Positions 50,086 through 63,835 of a DNA stretch of 64,000 nucleotides are shown here, piece after piece (position 1 is the stretch's first letter; each line of letters begins with the position of its first letter). Source of the DNA: Octopus sinensis. Taxonomy: Eukaryota. The position numbers and the translations under genes are program-made. The stretch covers positions 113,212,001 through 113,276,000 of the forward strand of contig NC_042998.1 of NCBI RefSeq assembly GCF_006345805.1, written 5' to 3'. The notes beneath the pieces are model-generated. The model ran no database searches. It was not told the origin of the DNA and saw only the letters and a list, made by a program, of their open reading frames with translations.

Positions 50086-50820
50086 ACAAATAAAAGATAA
50101 AAGATCTGCTGAGGTCATCTTTGCTTTTCATCCTTCCAGAATTAATAAAATGAAGCACAATCCTGGGTGATGAACTAATGGAATTGTTAGAGCATTGAAC
50201 AGAAGAAATTACAAAATTTGTTTAAATTCTGAGTTAAACTGCAACTACACTGGTACCAAATTATCGTCCTTTGTCTTTCCCGTAGCCAATATTGGTGGTA
50301 TGGGAAGGGGATATTTACTGCATGGGCAGCAACTAGTTTTCCACAAAGAATCCTTGCCCAGAACTTCATTCACTCTGCACTTTGAAGATGGATGGAATAT
50401 AACCTACCTTACTTGAAAAACAGGTAAGGGGTAGTGACAGGAAAGGCATCTTGCTATAAAGCAACACCAACAATATTTATCTAACCCAGTTCTTTGTAGA
50501 ATTGAGCGGTGACCCCCTCCCTTGAGTGGGGTGAGATGGAAAATTGTTTATGGGTATTGGGGAAAAGGGGTCCAGCAAGGGAGGTGATAGATGCATTTTT
50601 ATAGTTTAGTTTTTGTCTTCTATTTAAATACTAGCTTTTAACTCATGTCATGTAATATGATTAACTGCTTCTTAGCTACAATCCCTACAATGACAATGTT
50701 AACAAGACTTCAAAATGTGATTAAACAAAGGCAGTGGATTTCTAAATGGCAACTCTTGTTGGCTGTAGACAAGTGCGCCATTTGGGAGAAAAAACCCTGA
50801 ATTCACCTACTGCACCACAC

Positions 50821-51030
50821 CTTTTACCATTTAAACCAGCCATATTCAGCTCAAATATTTTGCCTATTTTATATTCAAACAGCCAGATTTAGCCTCTTCA
50901 TACCTACCTACAATGTCATTCTAAAAAGAATCACGTCATCAAAATATCAACACTCTAATATAATGCATGATTAATTAAAACAATGTCAATTAAAATATGC
51001 ATTATATTTGACAGAATGTTAAACAGTTAA
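50821..51030. mobile_element. MITE copy, opposite orientation to the 45244 and 57033 copies
   Basis: catttaaaccagccatattc...ctaccctacaatgtcatt...taatgcatg...gttaa. Confidence 0.6.
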
Positions 51031-51222
51031 GAAATTTACAAGTGAACATGACCTAGGCATAGTGTCAACAATAGACTGTGTTGGATAAATTACATTTCTA
51101 AAATTGTCAAGAAAGGTTGTTGATGTCTTAGTATTATTCAATAAGACATTTGCCAACCACTCATGTAGCTATTTATTTAAAACTATATATGAGTATAGTA
51201 CATTCACACTTACAGTTTGCAT

Positions 51223-51745
51223 TTCCAGTCTGGAACCTCCATCCCAAGTATTGATCAACTGGAAGTAGTTCATTGACATGTAATCAGATGAACTCCCTTT
51301 ATCACCATATCTAGAATATCTTGCTTCTCTGATCCAGCAGCTGACTTGTTAGAAGCCCTGAAGATTATCCACAATCTTTCCAAAAACTTTGGCCAGCTTT
51401 TTGAATTCAATACCTCTGTCACCTGTAAGACACACACTTATAAAATGAAAAAGCAGCACAACACCTATGACTCAGAAACATGAGATAAACGACCCTTGTC
51501 AGTTGTTAACTGTTGGAACATTGTATCTTTCGAAAAATCAATAACACCACCTCTGATGTCCACATGCATCCTTTCCTCCTTATGGCTCTTTTAATGTCCA
51601 CTTTTCAGTCTTTTTGCACTTTATCTTTTGTACTTCTAGCTTTCATTGCTGTCTTTCTTTACTCAACATATTGCTAATTTCTGTCCCCTTCTTTTACCCC
51701 TTTTTCAACAAGTTGTAGTGCACCTGAGCACTGTATACAACAAGC
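51223..51745 (+). mobile_element. CR1/L2-type LINE 3' remnant (older copy)
   Basis: cagtctggaac...aagcagcacaac...gttgtagtgcacctgagcactgtatacaa; homologous to the reverse copy at 55.3-55.9 kb. Confidence 0.65.
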
Positions 51746-54334
51746 TCATGTTTTAAAACCACTGAATGGTAGCAATCCACCACCAACAGCATAATTGTGG
51801 TATGTGTACATGTATATATATGCAGGGTGTTCAGGCTAGATGTGACAGTTTGCATAAAAGGAAAATAAAACACAATATCTCAGCCTTAAGAGAGCTTCAG
51901 AAGCTGGCACATGCATTCCTCACAGTGCCCCAGGGAAGATATTTGAACACTTCCTTGGTCTTGACCCCAGCTCTGCCTTGGTGTTTCAAGCAGAGTAGTT
52001 GGTATCTTTCTCAACTGCATCCTACATATATTAATCCAAGGGATTAAAATTGGGAAACTTAGAAAGCCAGAAATTAGGTGAAGTCATAGTAATTCTTTGA
52101 CAGCCACTTAAGACTCTTTGCAGAGTATGGCAAGGAGCCAAATCCTGTTGTCTTGAGGAATAATTCATTAGCGTTTTTTTTGTTTTTTGTTTTTTTTTTC
52201 AAATTCAAAAATGCATGCAGAAATAAAAGGCATTGCCAAACTGTTTTATATTATTTGAAAGAGAATTTTTTGCTCTACAAGATAAAATATTTTGCCAATG
52301 CGTTTTATTTCTACATGCATTTTTAAATTTGTAAAAACTCGCTCATGAATTATTTCTCAACCCAATAAATTGGTTGTATAAGGGAGGTAAATCAGTAAAT
52401 GCACAAGTGCATATACATGTGTGTATGTATGTGCGTAGCGTGAAAGTTTAGTGGTAAAAATGGAAGAAATAGAACTTGATATGTTAAGTATGGTAAATAT
52501 ATTTATGTAGATCTGAAAATATTAAAGATGTGTACTTGTCTTATGCTAATGTTAGTATATTCACATTCGCATAGTGTGAATATATTGTCTATATACTCTT
52601 GTATAAAAGTATGACTTTTTTTTTTTAATTATTAGATTTCTTCCAAGAAAGAGAGATCTGGTTTCTAATAAAGAAGCAAAGCTCCATCACTGGAATATGG
52701 ATAACTACAATAATGTTACATGTTGAGCTACGGAAAAAGTCTTGCATATCTTTACTGTTTCACTTGGAGATGTTATCTCTAAAGTGTCTGTTAGCCAGGC
52801 TCTCTTTGCCTGAAATTCCTAGCTTTTCCATAAAGTTACTTAGACATTTACTAAAATAACCAAATGCACCAATAATTATTGGTATGCGATTTTATAATTA
52901 AAGATAAATGAGCAGCAAGCTGTGAAACAGTTGTTCATAAATATTCTCCATTTTGCAAATTTTGGAAGAGATGTGCATATCTGCATGGTAGCTTACTTCA
53001 ATGGCCATACATTATTTTTCTTTACTGTTGTAAATAACGGTATCAGACTTCAGTGTTTGTACCAATATTCCTTGTGTGTAAACAGCAGAGGTATTGTTTG
53101 TATTTATCTCAGAGCAACTTTTTTCTGTGGATAGCACTATATGTTTTACCAACAATATCATGTTGCAGCAGGAGGTGGTATCTCAAAGACATTTTTCAGT
53201 AACTACTGGTTACATGTGTTATGTCCTCTACAAAAAACTTACATAACTGACACTTGTGGTTGCATCTTGGACGTTTAAAGGCTTTATTTGTTCATAAGAT
53301 ATTTCATAGCTCTGTCTCTCTTGCTCTTAGATTGCTTAAAACCTAACAAGTAGGTACCTTTCTGCCTAGCAGAGAAGGATACTGCATACTCTGACCTGCA
53401 GTGTGATGATCTCTATTTTAATATTACTGTTGACCCAGGGATAATGATTTCAGCATTTTAGTTTCAATTCTCCATGTATAGGTATGTATTGCATTTTTTT
53501 TCTTACCAGAAACCTTAAGTTTCCACCTACTTTTGTCTTTTTTTTATCAAGATAAAATGCCAATAGGATGCTTATATTGTGCAACCTTTGAACGTGATAC
53601 CTGTAGGTTATGTCATTCAACAACTGCTCTTTGCTGAACAGCTGGTTAGGTAACCATATATAGATGATATACATCAGCTTGAGGACGATTATATCAGCTG
53701 GTACTAGATTATCAACCCTAGAATGATAAAAGCCAAAGTTGACTTTGATGGTATTTGAACTCAAAACATAAAGCACTGTAATTAAATACCATGAGGGAGG
53801 AGGCTCTATGAAAACGTATGACCTGCCAGATTTTTCCAAATTACACTATTGTTTTAAAGGAAGGACACATTGTATGACCCTAGATACACTGCATCTGAGA
53901 AACAAAGAAAGATGGGTGGTCGTGGCTAGAATGTCTTTGGATTTGAGCTGCCATCTTGTCTGACACTGCACTATGTTTTGGTAGTATTTACTTTATTATT
54001 CCAGTTAAAACTAGATCTCAACTGAATAAATGTACCATGTTATATTCAATTCTTACATTCCAGAATTACAACCCTTTGCCTAAGTTGTCATTACAAACAT
54101 CAACCTACAGTGTTTACTTTATTTCAGTCATACAATTATTTGCCCAACTGTTTCAATATAAGTAGAAAATGTTTCATTTCATTGATGTAATACTATATCA
54201 TAATTTTGATGGTCTTCCTTCTCAATGAAGGTCTAGACTTTCAGAAAGATTTTCTATAGAAATTAAGACAAAAACATGAAATTCTATTTAAAAATATAAG
54301 AAAGGTAGTGATGTAATTCTGTAATTACAATGGG

Positions 54335-54593
54335 AGCTTGACTAACTATTGCTATAATGACTGTATAATTAGTGGCAGTTGTCATTAATTACTGCTACAA
54401 GTGATTTTGTGATTAGCAGCAATTGTGGCTAATTAACTCTACAAATGGGTTTATAGTTACAGAGGCAACTGAGGCTAATTACTGCTATTACTAGTGGTAG
54501 TTGTGACTAATTACTACTATGACTAATTACAGTGGCAATTGTGACTAATTAAAATGTGACTGCATAATTAAAGTAGAAGTAACTAATATGTGT
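54335..54593. repeat. Degenerate minisatellite (gtggcagttgtgactaattactgcta-like motif)
   Basis: Recurrent ctaattactgcta / gtggcagttgt elements. Confidence 0.6.
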
Positions 54594-54699
54594 AACTGGG
54601 CCTGGTGCAGCCTTCTGGCTTCCCAGACCCCAGTTGAACCGTCCAACCCATGCTAGCATGGAAGGCGGACGCTAAACGATGATGATGATGATGATGATG
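54594..54699 (+). mobile_element. Family B 3' end
   Basis: cctggtgcagcc...ccgtccaacccatgctagcatggaaggcggacgctaaacgatgatgatgat. Confidence 0.8.
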
Positions 54700-55334
54700 A
54701 CTGCTATACTTGTAGCAAGATTTGTTGAACACCTAATAAATATTGAAACAATAGAACCCAAGGAAATAAGTAATAGTTTATACTGACTTACAGAGACAAG
54801 GTATTTCATTGTGCAACCATAATATACTATAAAGTATATTAAATGATTTTATAAGTGATTACCATGTTCAAATGTATTAGCAGTGCTCTTTACATCACTT
54901 GTTAAGGTTACCTCTACAGATACTATAGAAATTATAGCGAGCACTGATTTTCATTATGATGTTTTGTATCCGAAACACCAGATGTAAACAAACAATGAGA
55001 TGGAAATGAAAAATGGGTGTATATGCCATATGTCAGGAGTTTTTTGCTCCTTCATCAGTACCTATCTTACCCATTAATCAGTATTGGCTATAATTTCTAT
55101 AGAATATCTGTAGAGATACCTTAACAAGTGAAGTAATAGTTTTATGTCAGCAAATTGTAATACAACTAATTGAAACAGTAGAATATGTTTTTGTAACACA
55201 AGAGAAGGCTTCAAGCAGAAATGTTCATTGCAGAAAGATCAAAGTATCAGACATCTTTTTGCCATAAAATATGTTCTATTGTTTGAACTGTATATTACCT
55301 GAAAACATAACTCTGTTTTTCTTTTTTATAATAA

Positions 55335-55885
55335 TGAAATTATTGTGTATAGTGCTCAGGTGCACTACAACTCATCAAAGGTACATGTAGAGTACATAGA
55401 ATTATGTACAAAAGTCAGGAAAGTGAACAGTATATGAGTTAGAATACACATGTGTGCATGCATATGGCAGGGGGGGGGGGTATCAGGTGTAGTGTTGGCA
55501 AATTTCAGGAACCATGGAGGCTTTAAAGGATGCAATATCTCGGCAACTAACAACTGATGCAGCTAGTTTGTTCCATGCAACTCTGAGAGTGAAAAAATGT
55601 TTCTGAAAGTCATGGGAGTTGTGCTGTTTTCTGACTTTGTAGGCATGCCCACGTGTTAGACACATGGAGCTCAAAATGGTTGATGGCATGATGGTTAATA
55701 ATTTTGTGGGTGTTTACTAAGTCAGTTGCCAGACGTCGGAGTTTCAATGTATCTATGACCAGGGAAGCAAGGCGTTTAGAGTATAGTAGATGCCTGATGG
55801 AGGGTATTCGCTTGGTTGCATGTCTCTGAACAGTTTCCAGGAGGTCAAAGTCCTAAGCCAGATAGGAGTTCCAGACTGGTGATGT
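55335..55885 (-). mobile_element. CR1/L2-type LINE 3' end
   Basis: The minus strand gives PVWN..LLETVQRHATKRIP...RRLATDL..HKII and TRGHAYKVRKQH..FFTLRV.WNKL..SVV...SFK, the CR1-type RT C-terminus. Confidence 0.8.
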
Positions 55886-56789
55886 AAATTTCTGTTATTA
55901 TGTAGAAAAATGACTGTTGCAACAATATTTCGATGATGATGATGAGTTCAAATCATACTTAAGTCCATTTTGCCATTCATCATTCCACAGTTGATTAAAT
56001 AAATAATAGGGGTCAATGTCATCAACTCTATCATTGAAGGGAGCTGCCCCATCATGGCCACAGTACAATGACTGACGCCAGTAAAAGAATAAAAGCAAAA
56101 TTCATGAGGTGAAAGATTATATGATTATTGTTAAATCTCAAGTCATCCCTGATTGAGCAGACCCACCATCAAAGACATTCAAGTGGTGACCATCCTGTGC
56201 ACCATCCATCCTTTTAAGGCAGTAGGGTGTAGATGTGATTGCTATTTCTAGCAGGCTGAGTGATAACATAGAAACTCCCATGTGAAATGGTGAATGTGAG
56301 GTGGTAAACAGCATAAATGAAATAAAATGGCTACAACCAGGAATGAAAAAGAGACTCACATTACAGAATTAGCATTAAAAAGAGATGAAACAAAATTAAC
56401 ATTGAAACAATGTTTAGATTTATTGCTGCTAAAACTTTCAATATTTTTATAAAAGATTCCTATTATATAATAAATTAATAATATAACTGCAGTTTCATTA
56501 CTGCATAACACTTTCCTTTCAAAATACTTCAATTTAGATTAGCTGTCTCTGTTATAAATGAAACAAATTTCTTTGAGCTAAATTTTAGGTTATATAGAAA
56601 AGGAGAAAGAAAGAGAAACAAACCAAAAATTGAAAAAATACAAATTAAGAATTGGGATGTTTTATTCCAAAATAGAGTAGAACAAAACAGTATGAAATGA
56701 AATAACTTTTTTTTTCTTCTTTTATTGTCCAGACAAACAAAAGATGTTTATGAATTGATAAATGATTTCACTCTAGATGGCAATGTTTA

Positions 56790-56972
56790 CTAGAGAGAAC
56801 TACTAAGAGCTTCCATTTTCTGGTTAATCTCAGCTCGTTTCTTACTTATAGCTGGCTCACTCTCAATGTAGGCTTGTTTATTCATTTTATTATTTATTAA
56901 TTTCTCAGCATAATTTATAGCTTGATTGATAAGTTCCTTGTATTGGCTATCAAGCTTCTGCAGCTCAGCAAC
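56790..56972 (-). CDS. RPN1: Ribophorin I, last coding exon
   Basis: aatatctaacag|VAELQKLDSQYKELINQAINYAEKLINNKMNKQAYIESEPAISKKRAEINQKMEALSSSL*; 183 nt; matches the RPN1 C-terminus (VSEMQKLDAQVKELV...); minus-strand AATAAA at ~56721-56726. Confidence 0.9.
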   Translation of the reverse strand, partial: VAELQKLDSQYKELINQAINYAEKLINNKMNKQAYIESEPAISKKRAEINQKMEALSSSL

Positions 56973-57032
56973 CTGTTAGATATTAAAACAAAACAGTATT
57001 AACTCATGTGAATGCATTCAGACAGGAACAGT

Positions 57033-57260
57033 TTAACCCTCTAACATTCAGATTATTTTGTCAAGTGTTATACTTATATATTCACATTTTATAAAATTAA
57101 TCCTGTATTATCTCATAGCTTTGAGATTTAGAAGATGCGATTGTTTATTTTTAGGATGACATTGCAGGGTAGGTGTGGGAAGCTGGATCTTGCCAGTTTA
57201 AACATAAAACAGGTAGAATATTTAGGCCAGATATGGCCGGTTTAAATACTAAAAGGTTAA
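57033..57260. mobile_element. TTAA-flanked MITE in the last RPN1 intron
   Basis: ttaaccctctaacatt ... aatactaaaaggttaa; same family as 45244. Confidence 0.75.
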
Positions 57261-58107
57261 GACTCAAGTCAAACAAGCAAAATTGAAATGATGATTATGG
57301 GTTTTCAGTGAAATGAGGGAGAGGATTGAAGCAGATGTTAAGTGGGAACATTAAGAAATGTTCAAGAAGAGTGAGACATATTGAATGGTAAGTGATCAAA
57401 ATATCTTTCCCTGTTTGAAGCAATGAAATTTCAATCATGAGAAAATTGAGATTAAAGAATAACTGAGAATTTTGCATTTGACACAGCAAAGTAAAGAAAA
57501 ACTATTTTAACAATTTAAATAAGAATATGATAGAAAAATTGGATTGTAAATGACAAAATAAATTTGTGACTAAATAATTCACTTTATTCTCATAAAGTAA
57601 ATTATAAATCCTGATAATTTGATGCAGAACTGCCAGAGAAACTATGTTATATTATGAAAGTGTAGTATATCTCAAAAATTACGTAGGATCTTAAATAACA
57701 AGTGAACATTTAAAATTTTAGACTCTAAAATTAAATGTACTGGATATTCTTTCTGCAGGGAACAGTGAAAAACAAGTACAAGCTCATATCATGTAAATAA
57801 TCTTCAACATTCTCTTCTGTCTTCATAAGGATAAGACAACACTTCAAGATGTGTCCTTTATACCAGCCGGCCTATTTTTACTACTGTCCACTATCCATGG
57901 AAAAAGACCAATTGAGTAATAAAGGATTGACTTTATTGAAAAATCCATGAAAATCTTTCTCTATAATAAAAAAAGTTATGCATGTATATTGATGTGTATA
58001 TTATCAAGAAATACTAGTAAAAAAAGCTAACCTAATAAATGATCTGATGCAAAAGAAACAGCTAAAATAATGGAGATAAAAAAAAAGATCGGTGAAAATG
58101 AACTCAC

Positions 58108-58353
58108 TTTTTCAGCAGCTTCTGCTCCTTCTTCTTTTAGAGTAGCTTGAAGGGTATGTATCCGCTGAGTCAGCTGTTTGTAATCACTATCGATTTTCTT
58201 GCGACTTGTCTGGAAAACACTGGCTTCTTTGTTGCTTTTAAACTTGTTTGTAGCATCATCATATGCTTGATACAGAGCACTTCTCTTATCATGGCTACTC
58301 TGAACTTCTTCAATCAAACTTGCAATTCTCATTTTGCTCTCTTTAGCTTCATC
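58108..58353 (-). CDS. RPN1: Ribophorin I exon (cytosolic coiled-coil region)
   Basis: ag|DEAKESKMRIASLIEEVQSSHDKRSALY...LKEEGAEAAEK|gtgag; 246 nt, phase 0-0. Confidence 0.92.
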
Positions 58354-58409
58354 CTATTTATAGAAATATTGAGAGTTTATGCATGTACATACTTATATGT
58401 AAAACATAT

Positions 58410-58440
<31 letters not shown>

Positions 58441-59932
58441 ACATACTTACGAAGATTTATAAATATATAAACACACACTCACAAAGATAATATAAATGTA
58501 TACACATACACGAGTGTATATTATGTATACATGTATAAAAATAAATGTATAGACAGGCAAACAACTGGTATTGGATCATGTTATAATTATATAGCACACA
58601 GTGGGGGAAATGCTTTAAGGAGTTTAAATCACAAGGGATTGGTAACAGTTCCATTCAGAAATATCCATAATAGTTGTGTATATGCTTGTATATACCAGGA
58701 ATAGTTATAAGGCAAGTTCATAGTATTGATATTAAATATTAGGCTAAGGGAGTTCATCACAGGTTAATCCTTACAACTGAAAGAGAAGGAAGGTGCAGAT
58801 TGTCTCTTACAGCTGTTTCAAGAATAAATACCCAGTTGGTGCAGTTCTCTGCAAGCAGTCTGCAACCAACATTTTAATGGCAGTCCATTCCATTTTTGGA
58901 GGAAAAGTGAGTTAGGACTTGATAAGAAATGAATACCTATGAGGAGTGGAATATGTGTGTGTGTGTGCATGGACAAACATATAAATACTTTCATCATCAT
59001 ACACTTACTTTACCATGCTTGCATGGGACAGATGAAATTTAGTGAGGCAGATGATTTTCTACAATTTGATGCCCTTCCTGTTGCCAACCTTCACCGGTTT
59101 CTCTCAAAATGGTAATATTGCTTTTCAGTTAGATGTACTTCCTGTTGCTAAGTTGCTAACTCTAATCTGTTTTTTTTTGTCAAGAAAGGGGTCTTTTATT
59201 TCACACTTCTGTGATTGCAAAAGGCACTTCATTTCATATTATGCCAGTCAACTCTGTTAAAAACAAGTACCAGCCAACTGCTGATGCAACTTTCTCACCC
59301 TCCCTATGTCATATCTTCAATGTTTGGCTGAGACAAGTGTGAAAGCTAAGAGTGTGCGCGTGCGTGCGTGCACTTTCAACTACATAGGTACTTCAAAACT
59401 ATTCATAAAAGTATGGTACTAAGTACAATCATATACAAATGGCTATGATTTACAGAAAGGAAACAATTTCTTCCATTCATAAATGAACACCAGAATATGA
59501 CTGTGTAGCTTAGAAGTTCACATTATTTCCACATGGCCTCAGGTTCAATCACATTGTGCACCATGTTTGAACAACCATCTACTGTTGCCTTAGGTCAATC
59601 CAATCCTTCCAAATGAAACTGTGCAGAAGCCCATTGGATGGACTGTAATTGTTCTTCTTGGATTATAGACTAAATGTCTCCGAGCTTAGCACCACCACAT
59701 AGGTTTGGGTGTCTTTAGCAGAGTGAGCTCTGCTATAATCATTTGGACCAGGTTTCCAGTCTGAGGATAACCCATAAGACATGATTGTTTTTCCTTGTCT
59801 CAATGTCAATGCAAACAGGAAAATGTCCTACGTGTTACCTGTCTTTCTCTGATTAAACCACAAAAAATATGAATAAACTATTCAAACAGTTAAAACAATT
59901 ACAAAATAAGATGTGTTAATGATAATACTAAC

Positions 59933-60052
59933 CTTTGTAATGGAGAAATCTAAACGGACATAGATAATAACAACAAGGAAGAGCAGATAAAAAGCACCAA
60001 CCACAAGCAGTGGTTCTTGTAATAATAAGAACTTCTGGAAGCTATAGCTCAG
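59933..60052 (-). CDS. RPN1: Ribophorin I exon (transmembrane segment)
   Basis: cag|[40 protein letters not shown]|gttag; 120 nt; nearly identical to the RPN1 signature [24 protein letters not shown]. Confidence 0.95.
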
Positions 60053-60416
60053 CTGAAATATAAACAAAAATAATGACATCAAATTACTACATTTAGAAAT
60101 TACATACTAATTCATTCAATTCAAATTTTCAGATTTAACAGAAAACTTAGGAAAATATGATTTTATGTCTTTCTTAGTGATTGCAAGAAGAGATAAATTT
60201 GGTTCTCGAACCTATTTTACAGTTTAATTACAGTGACCTTAACCACAAACTACCAATAAAATAAATAATCTCTATATACAATAAAACTATTGGTCACTTA
60301 GTATTTTTATGGATTGGCAGTATTGTTAGAACATTAGCCCAGCAGCTTTTGTAACAAATAGTAATTTGCAGATCCAACCTAAATTGGATGAGTTGGTTAT
60401 AACACCTTAGAATAAA

Positions 60417-60722
60417 TCATCATCATCATCATTTAGCGTCCGCTTTCCATGCTAGCATGGGTTGGACGGTTCAACTGGGGTTTGTGAAGCCAGAAGGCTG
60501 CATCAGGCCCAGTCTGATCTGGCAGTGTTTCTATGGCTGGATGCCCTTCCTAACGCCAACCACTCCGTGAATGTAGTGAGTGCTTTTTACGTGCCACCGG
60601 CACGGGGGCCAGGCGAGGCTGGCAACGGCCACGAACGGATGGTGCTACGTGCCACCGGCACGGGGGCCAGGCAAGGCTGGCAACAGCCATGAACGGATGG
60701 TGCTTTTTACGTGCCACCGGCA
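60417..60722 (-). mobile_element. Family B element with internal ~60-bp tandem repeat
   Basis: (CAT)n-ttagcgtccgctttccatgctagcatgggttggacgg...; tacgtgccaccggcacgggggccagg occurs twice plus a partial third copy. Confidence 0.8.
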
Positions 60723-60966
60723 AAATGTTTCGAGAAATAACTTTGTGTAGATGACAAATGCTAAAAAGCAGACTACTATATTGGCTGATGAGATTCTCAT
60801 CAGCACCGGCGGATAGCACTACTGTATCAAGTGATTTCACCATAAATTGCAGATCACCAGCAGAGGCTATCCAAACTCCAAATGTCAGGTCAAAAATCAG
60901 CCAATTTGTATCTATTATATTTTGATCAGTTTGATCTCTAATCATAATCAGGTGTCTTATTCCTGG

Positions 60967-61318
60967 ATGTGTTACATGGTCCTCAACTGGATTTAAACCA
61001 GAAACCTTGATTTCTAAACTAAAAGTTCTTATCTACTGTATTTTTTTCATTTTTAACAACAGGTTATCATTTGAAAAGTTATAATTTTAGTATTATTTGG
61101 ATTAACTGCTCTGTTGATGAGATTAAACGCAAGTTCCTATAGATGTGTTACATGGTCCTCAACTGGATTTAAACCAGAAACCTTGATTTCTAAACTAAAA
61201 GTTCTTATCTACTGTATTTTTTTCATTTTTAACAAGCAGGTTATCATTTGAAAAGTTATAATTTTAGTATTATTTGGATTAACTGCTCTGTTGATGAGAT
61301 TAACGCAAGTTCCTATAG
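60967..61318. repeat. 176-bp near-perfect tandem duplication in an RPN1 intron
   Basis: atgtgttacatggtcctcaactgg...gttcctatag at 60967-61142 and 61143-61318; differences are single-base indels. Confidence 0.95.
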
Positions 61319-61347
61319 AAATGTAAAATGTATTTCAGAAGACTTAC

Positions 61348-61486
61348 TTCAAAATCTTGAATATGCTGTTCCACCAAATTGTTCTTGTGTAATACTATAA
61401 CAGGTCTGCCAATTGTATCCAAGTAAGTAAAATGCAACTGTCTTTTACCATGAACAATTTCAAAAGGAGCCCTTAGCTTGATGTTT
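61348..61486 (-). CDS. RPN1: Ribophorin I exon (lumenal domain)
   Basis: tctctttag|[47 protein letters not shown]|gtaagt; 139 nt; HYTYLDTxGRPV...NLVEQHIQD motif. This exon is missing from the ORF track. Confidence 0.95.
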
Positions 61487-62996
61487 CTAAAGAGAATATC
61501 AACATTGAAAATATGAAAATATCAACAATGAAAAAACACTGTACTTCAACTTTTAAGTATTTCATGGTCAGCACAAAAAAAAACAAAAAGGATTGAGTAA
61601 TTTTCTGTGCATTATAATTTATTTCTATTTTAAACAAGTGCAGACAACATTAATAACAGACCTTTGAAACCATCTGAGCTTTTGTGTCAAAAAGTTTCAT
61701 TGCACAGCATTTTGCGCAAATGTCTTCTACTATAGCCCACAGCAAGCAAAACCTCATAAATGGATTTGGTAAATGAAAGCTGAAATAGGCCTGTCATATA
61801 TGCATATATAAGTGTTGTATGCACGCATGTGTGTTTGTTTTTGTTTGTTTACATTTGCACTTCTTTGGAAATCACTCAGCTTCAAGCAATGATGTCATTA
61901 CCCCTATCACCAAGTCATTTGCTAGCTTTTCAACTTCAAAGACATGTGAAATAGGACATTTCTTAATCGAAAAACAATTAAGAGTCAATGACAGGGAAAG
62001 CATCTGGCTCAATAATATATTCATCTAACCCACACTAGCATGGTAAAATGAATACAAAAATGAACAAAGTATATTATTTTTGTACTCTAGTATACAAAGT
62101 ATACCAGGGTACAGAAAGTAAGTGTAAAACTATGCAGTATAAAGCATATCAGTGTAACTGAATTCACACATCATCCTATAATAAGGATAACACTGTACTA
62201 GTATACAATACAGTAGATCTCCTATGTTGATGCTATAACTGTACAAGTTTATCACACACTAAAAATCATGTAATATGGATATAACACTACCAGTATACAG
62301 TATAGTAAATATATGATGGGGATATAACTGTATCAGTATAACAGATATCCTAAAGTCTACTTGAAGCCTACAGGCTCATGAGGCAGGAGCTTGTCCAAAT
62401 TTTCAAGACCTTCAAGGCTGAGAGTATAGGAATTCTTATTGAATGGGACGCCAGTATGTCACAGGGTTAATCCCTGGTACTCATTTTCAGCTGAGTGTAC
62501 TGGAGCAATGTGAAACCAAGTGCCTTGCTCAAAGACACAACATGTCACCCAGTCCCACAACCTAACAATCCCAAGCCTAACACACTAGCCACTAGGCTAG
62601 ATTCCTTCACACATGTCCTATAGTGATGGTATAACTACATCCAGTTGGAATATATTATTTACCATAGAACCTTACATAGAAGAAACGAAGTCATGTAGTG
62701 GTTATGCTTTTAACTGAAGTGAAACAACTATAATTAGATCACAGTCAATTTACCAAGATGTTGGTTACTATATCACATCACCCTAGCACAAAACAATAAA
62801 ACAAAATATAATAATGGACTAACAAACGTAATTCCTTTATTTTGAAATAGTTTTACTAACTTGATTGGGCATTTAGATTAGACCTTATACAATATTTGCA
62901 TTCCTGATGCTGATATTGATGAACATATGGTGCTCATATTGGCTACAGTTTATGAAAAACATAAGAAAATTAACAAAAACAAAAAAGCATATTTAC

Positions 62997-63096
62997 TTGG
63001 AGCCTTCTGGTAGGATTATCTTCACTGTCAAATGATCAACAATTTGGTCATCAAATACATGATCCATAAGACGCATCTTCAACAAATACTTGTCTC
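62997..63096 (-). CDS. RPN1: Ribophorin I exon (lumenal domain); upstream exons lie beyond the window
   Basis: ttattgtgcag|[36 protein letters not shown]|gtaaat; 100 nt, phase 1 to 2. Confidence 0.95.
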
Positions 63097-63689
63097 CTGC
63101 ACAATAAAGACATTGGACAATTAGTTTCCAGACCTCCTCCATATCTGTCATTGTATCTCTCTCTCTCCTCCTTACATTCTTGCAACCATTACCCACCCAT
63201 AGTCATCTATATACACCTTTATTATTATTATTATTATTGTTCTGCTGCTCTTTGCCTTCCTATAGTCACTTAACAACACCTCTACCCTGAGCCACTTCTG
63301 TTTCTTACCACCTTCTCCAACTCATATTTTCATCAGCCACAGCTCCTACCTTGTTCATCATTCACCTCTCCCTACAATACCAACCACCTGTCACTCTCCT
63401 CCCACTCACCTTCTTCAATCTTCTGTTTCTTGTCTCTCTTCAATTCATCTTTGTACTTTGAAGATATGCACTGACATTTTATCACCACCATATTCATCTA
63501 TCTTTCCAACTACTCCCACTCACCCTTATAAGGCGGGGTAGCCATTTATCTCCTCTACATCAACTTTAGCCTCTCAACTCTCAGCACAAAGCTTCCTCTT
63601 TTCTACGATTCTCCTACTTAGTTGAGGGGGCTTTTAGCCATGTGAGTTATACAGCAACCACATCAGTACTGAATTCACACAAAAAAAAA

Positions 63690-63835
63690 GTACCCAGCAT
63701 ACTCTGTAAAGTGGAAGGGCATCCAGCCATAGAAACCATGCCAAAGCAGACACAAGAGTTTGGCACAGTCCTCTGACTCATTGGATTCTGTTGGTCCATC
63801 CAATCTCTGCCAGCAAAGAAGATGGATCTTAAATG
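63690..63835 (+). mobile_element. Decayed family B tail
   Basis: gaagggcatccagccatagaaaccatgccaaagcagac...ccatccaatctctgccagc. Confidence 0.55.

Noticed and set aside
60550-60945. 131-aa minus-strand ORF as an extra RPN1 exon
   Set aside because: The RPN1 exons at 61348 and 60052 join in phase without it, and half of it is a family B repeat
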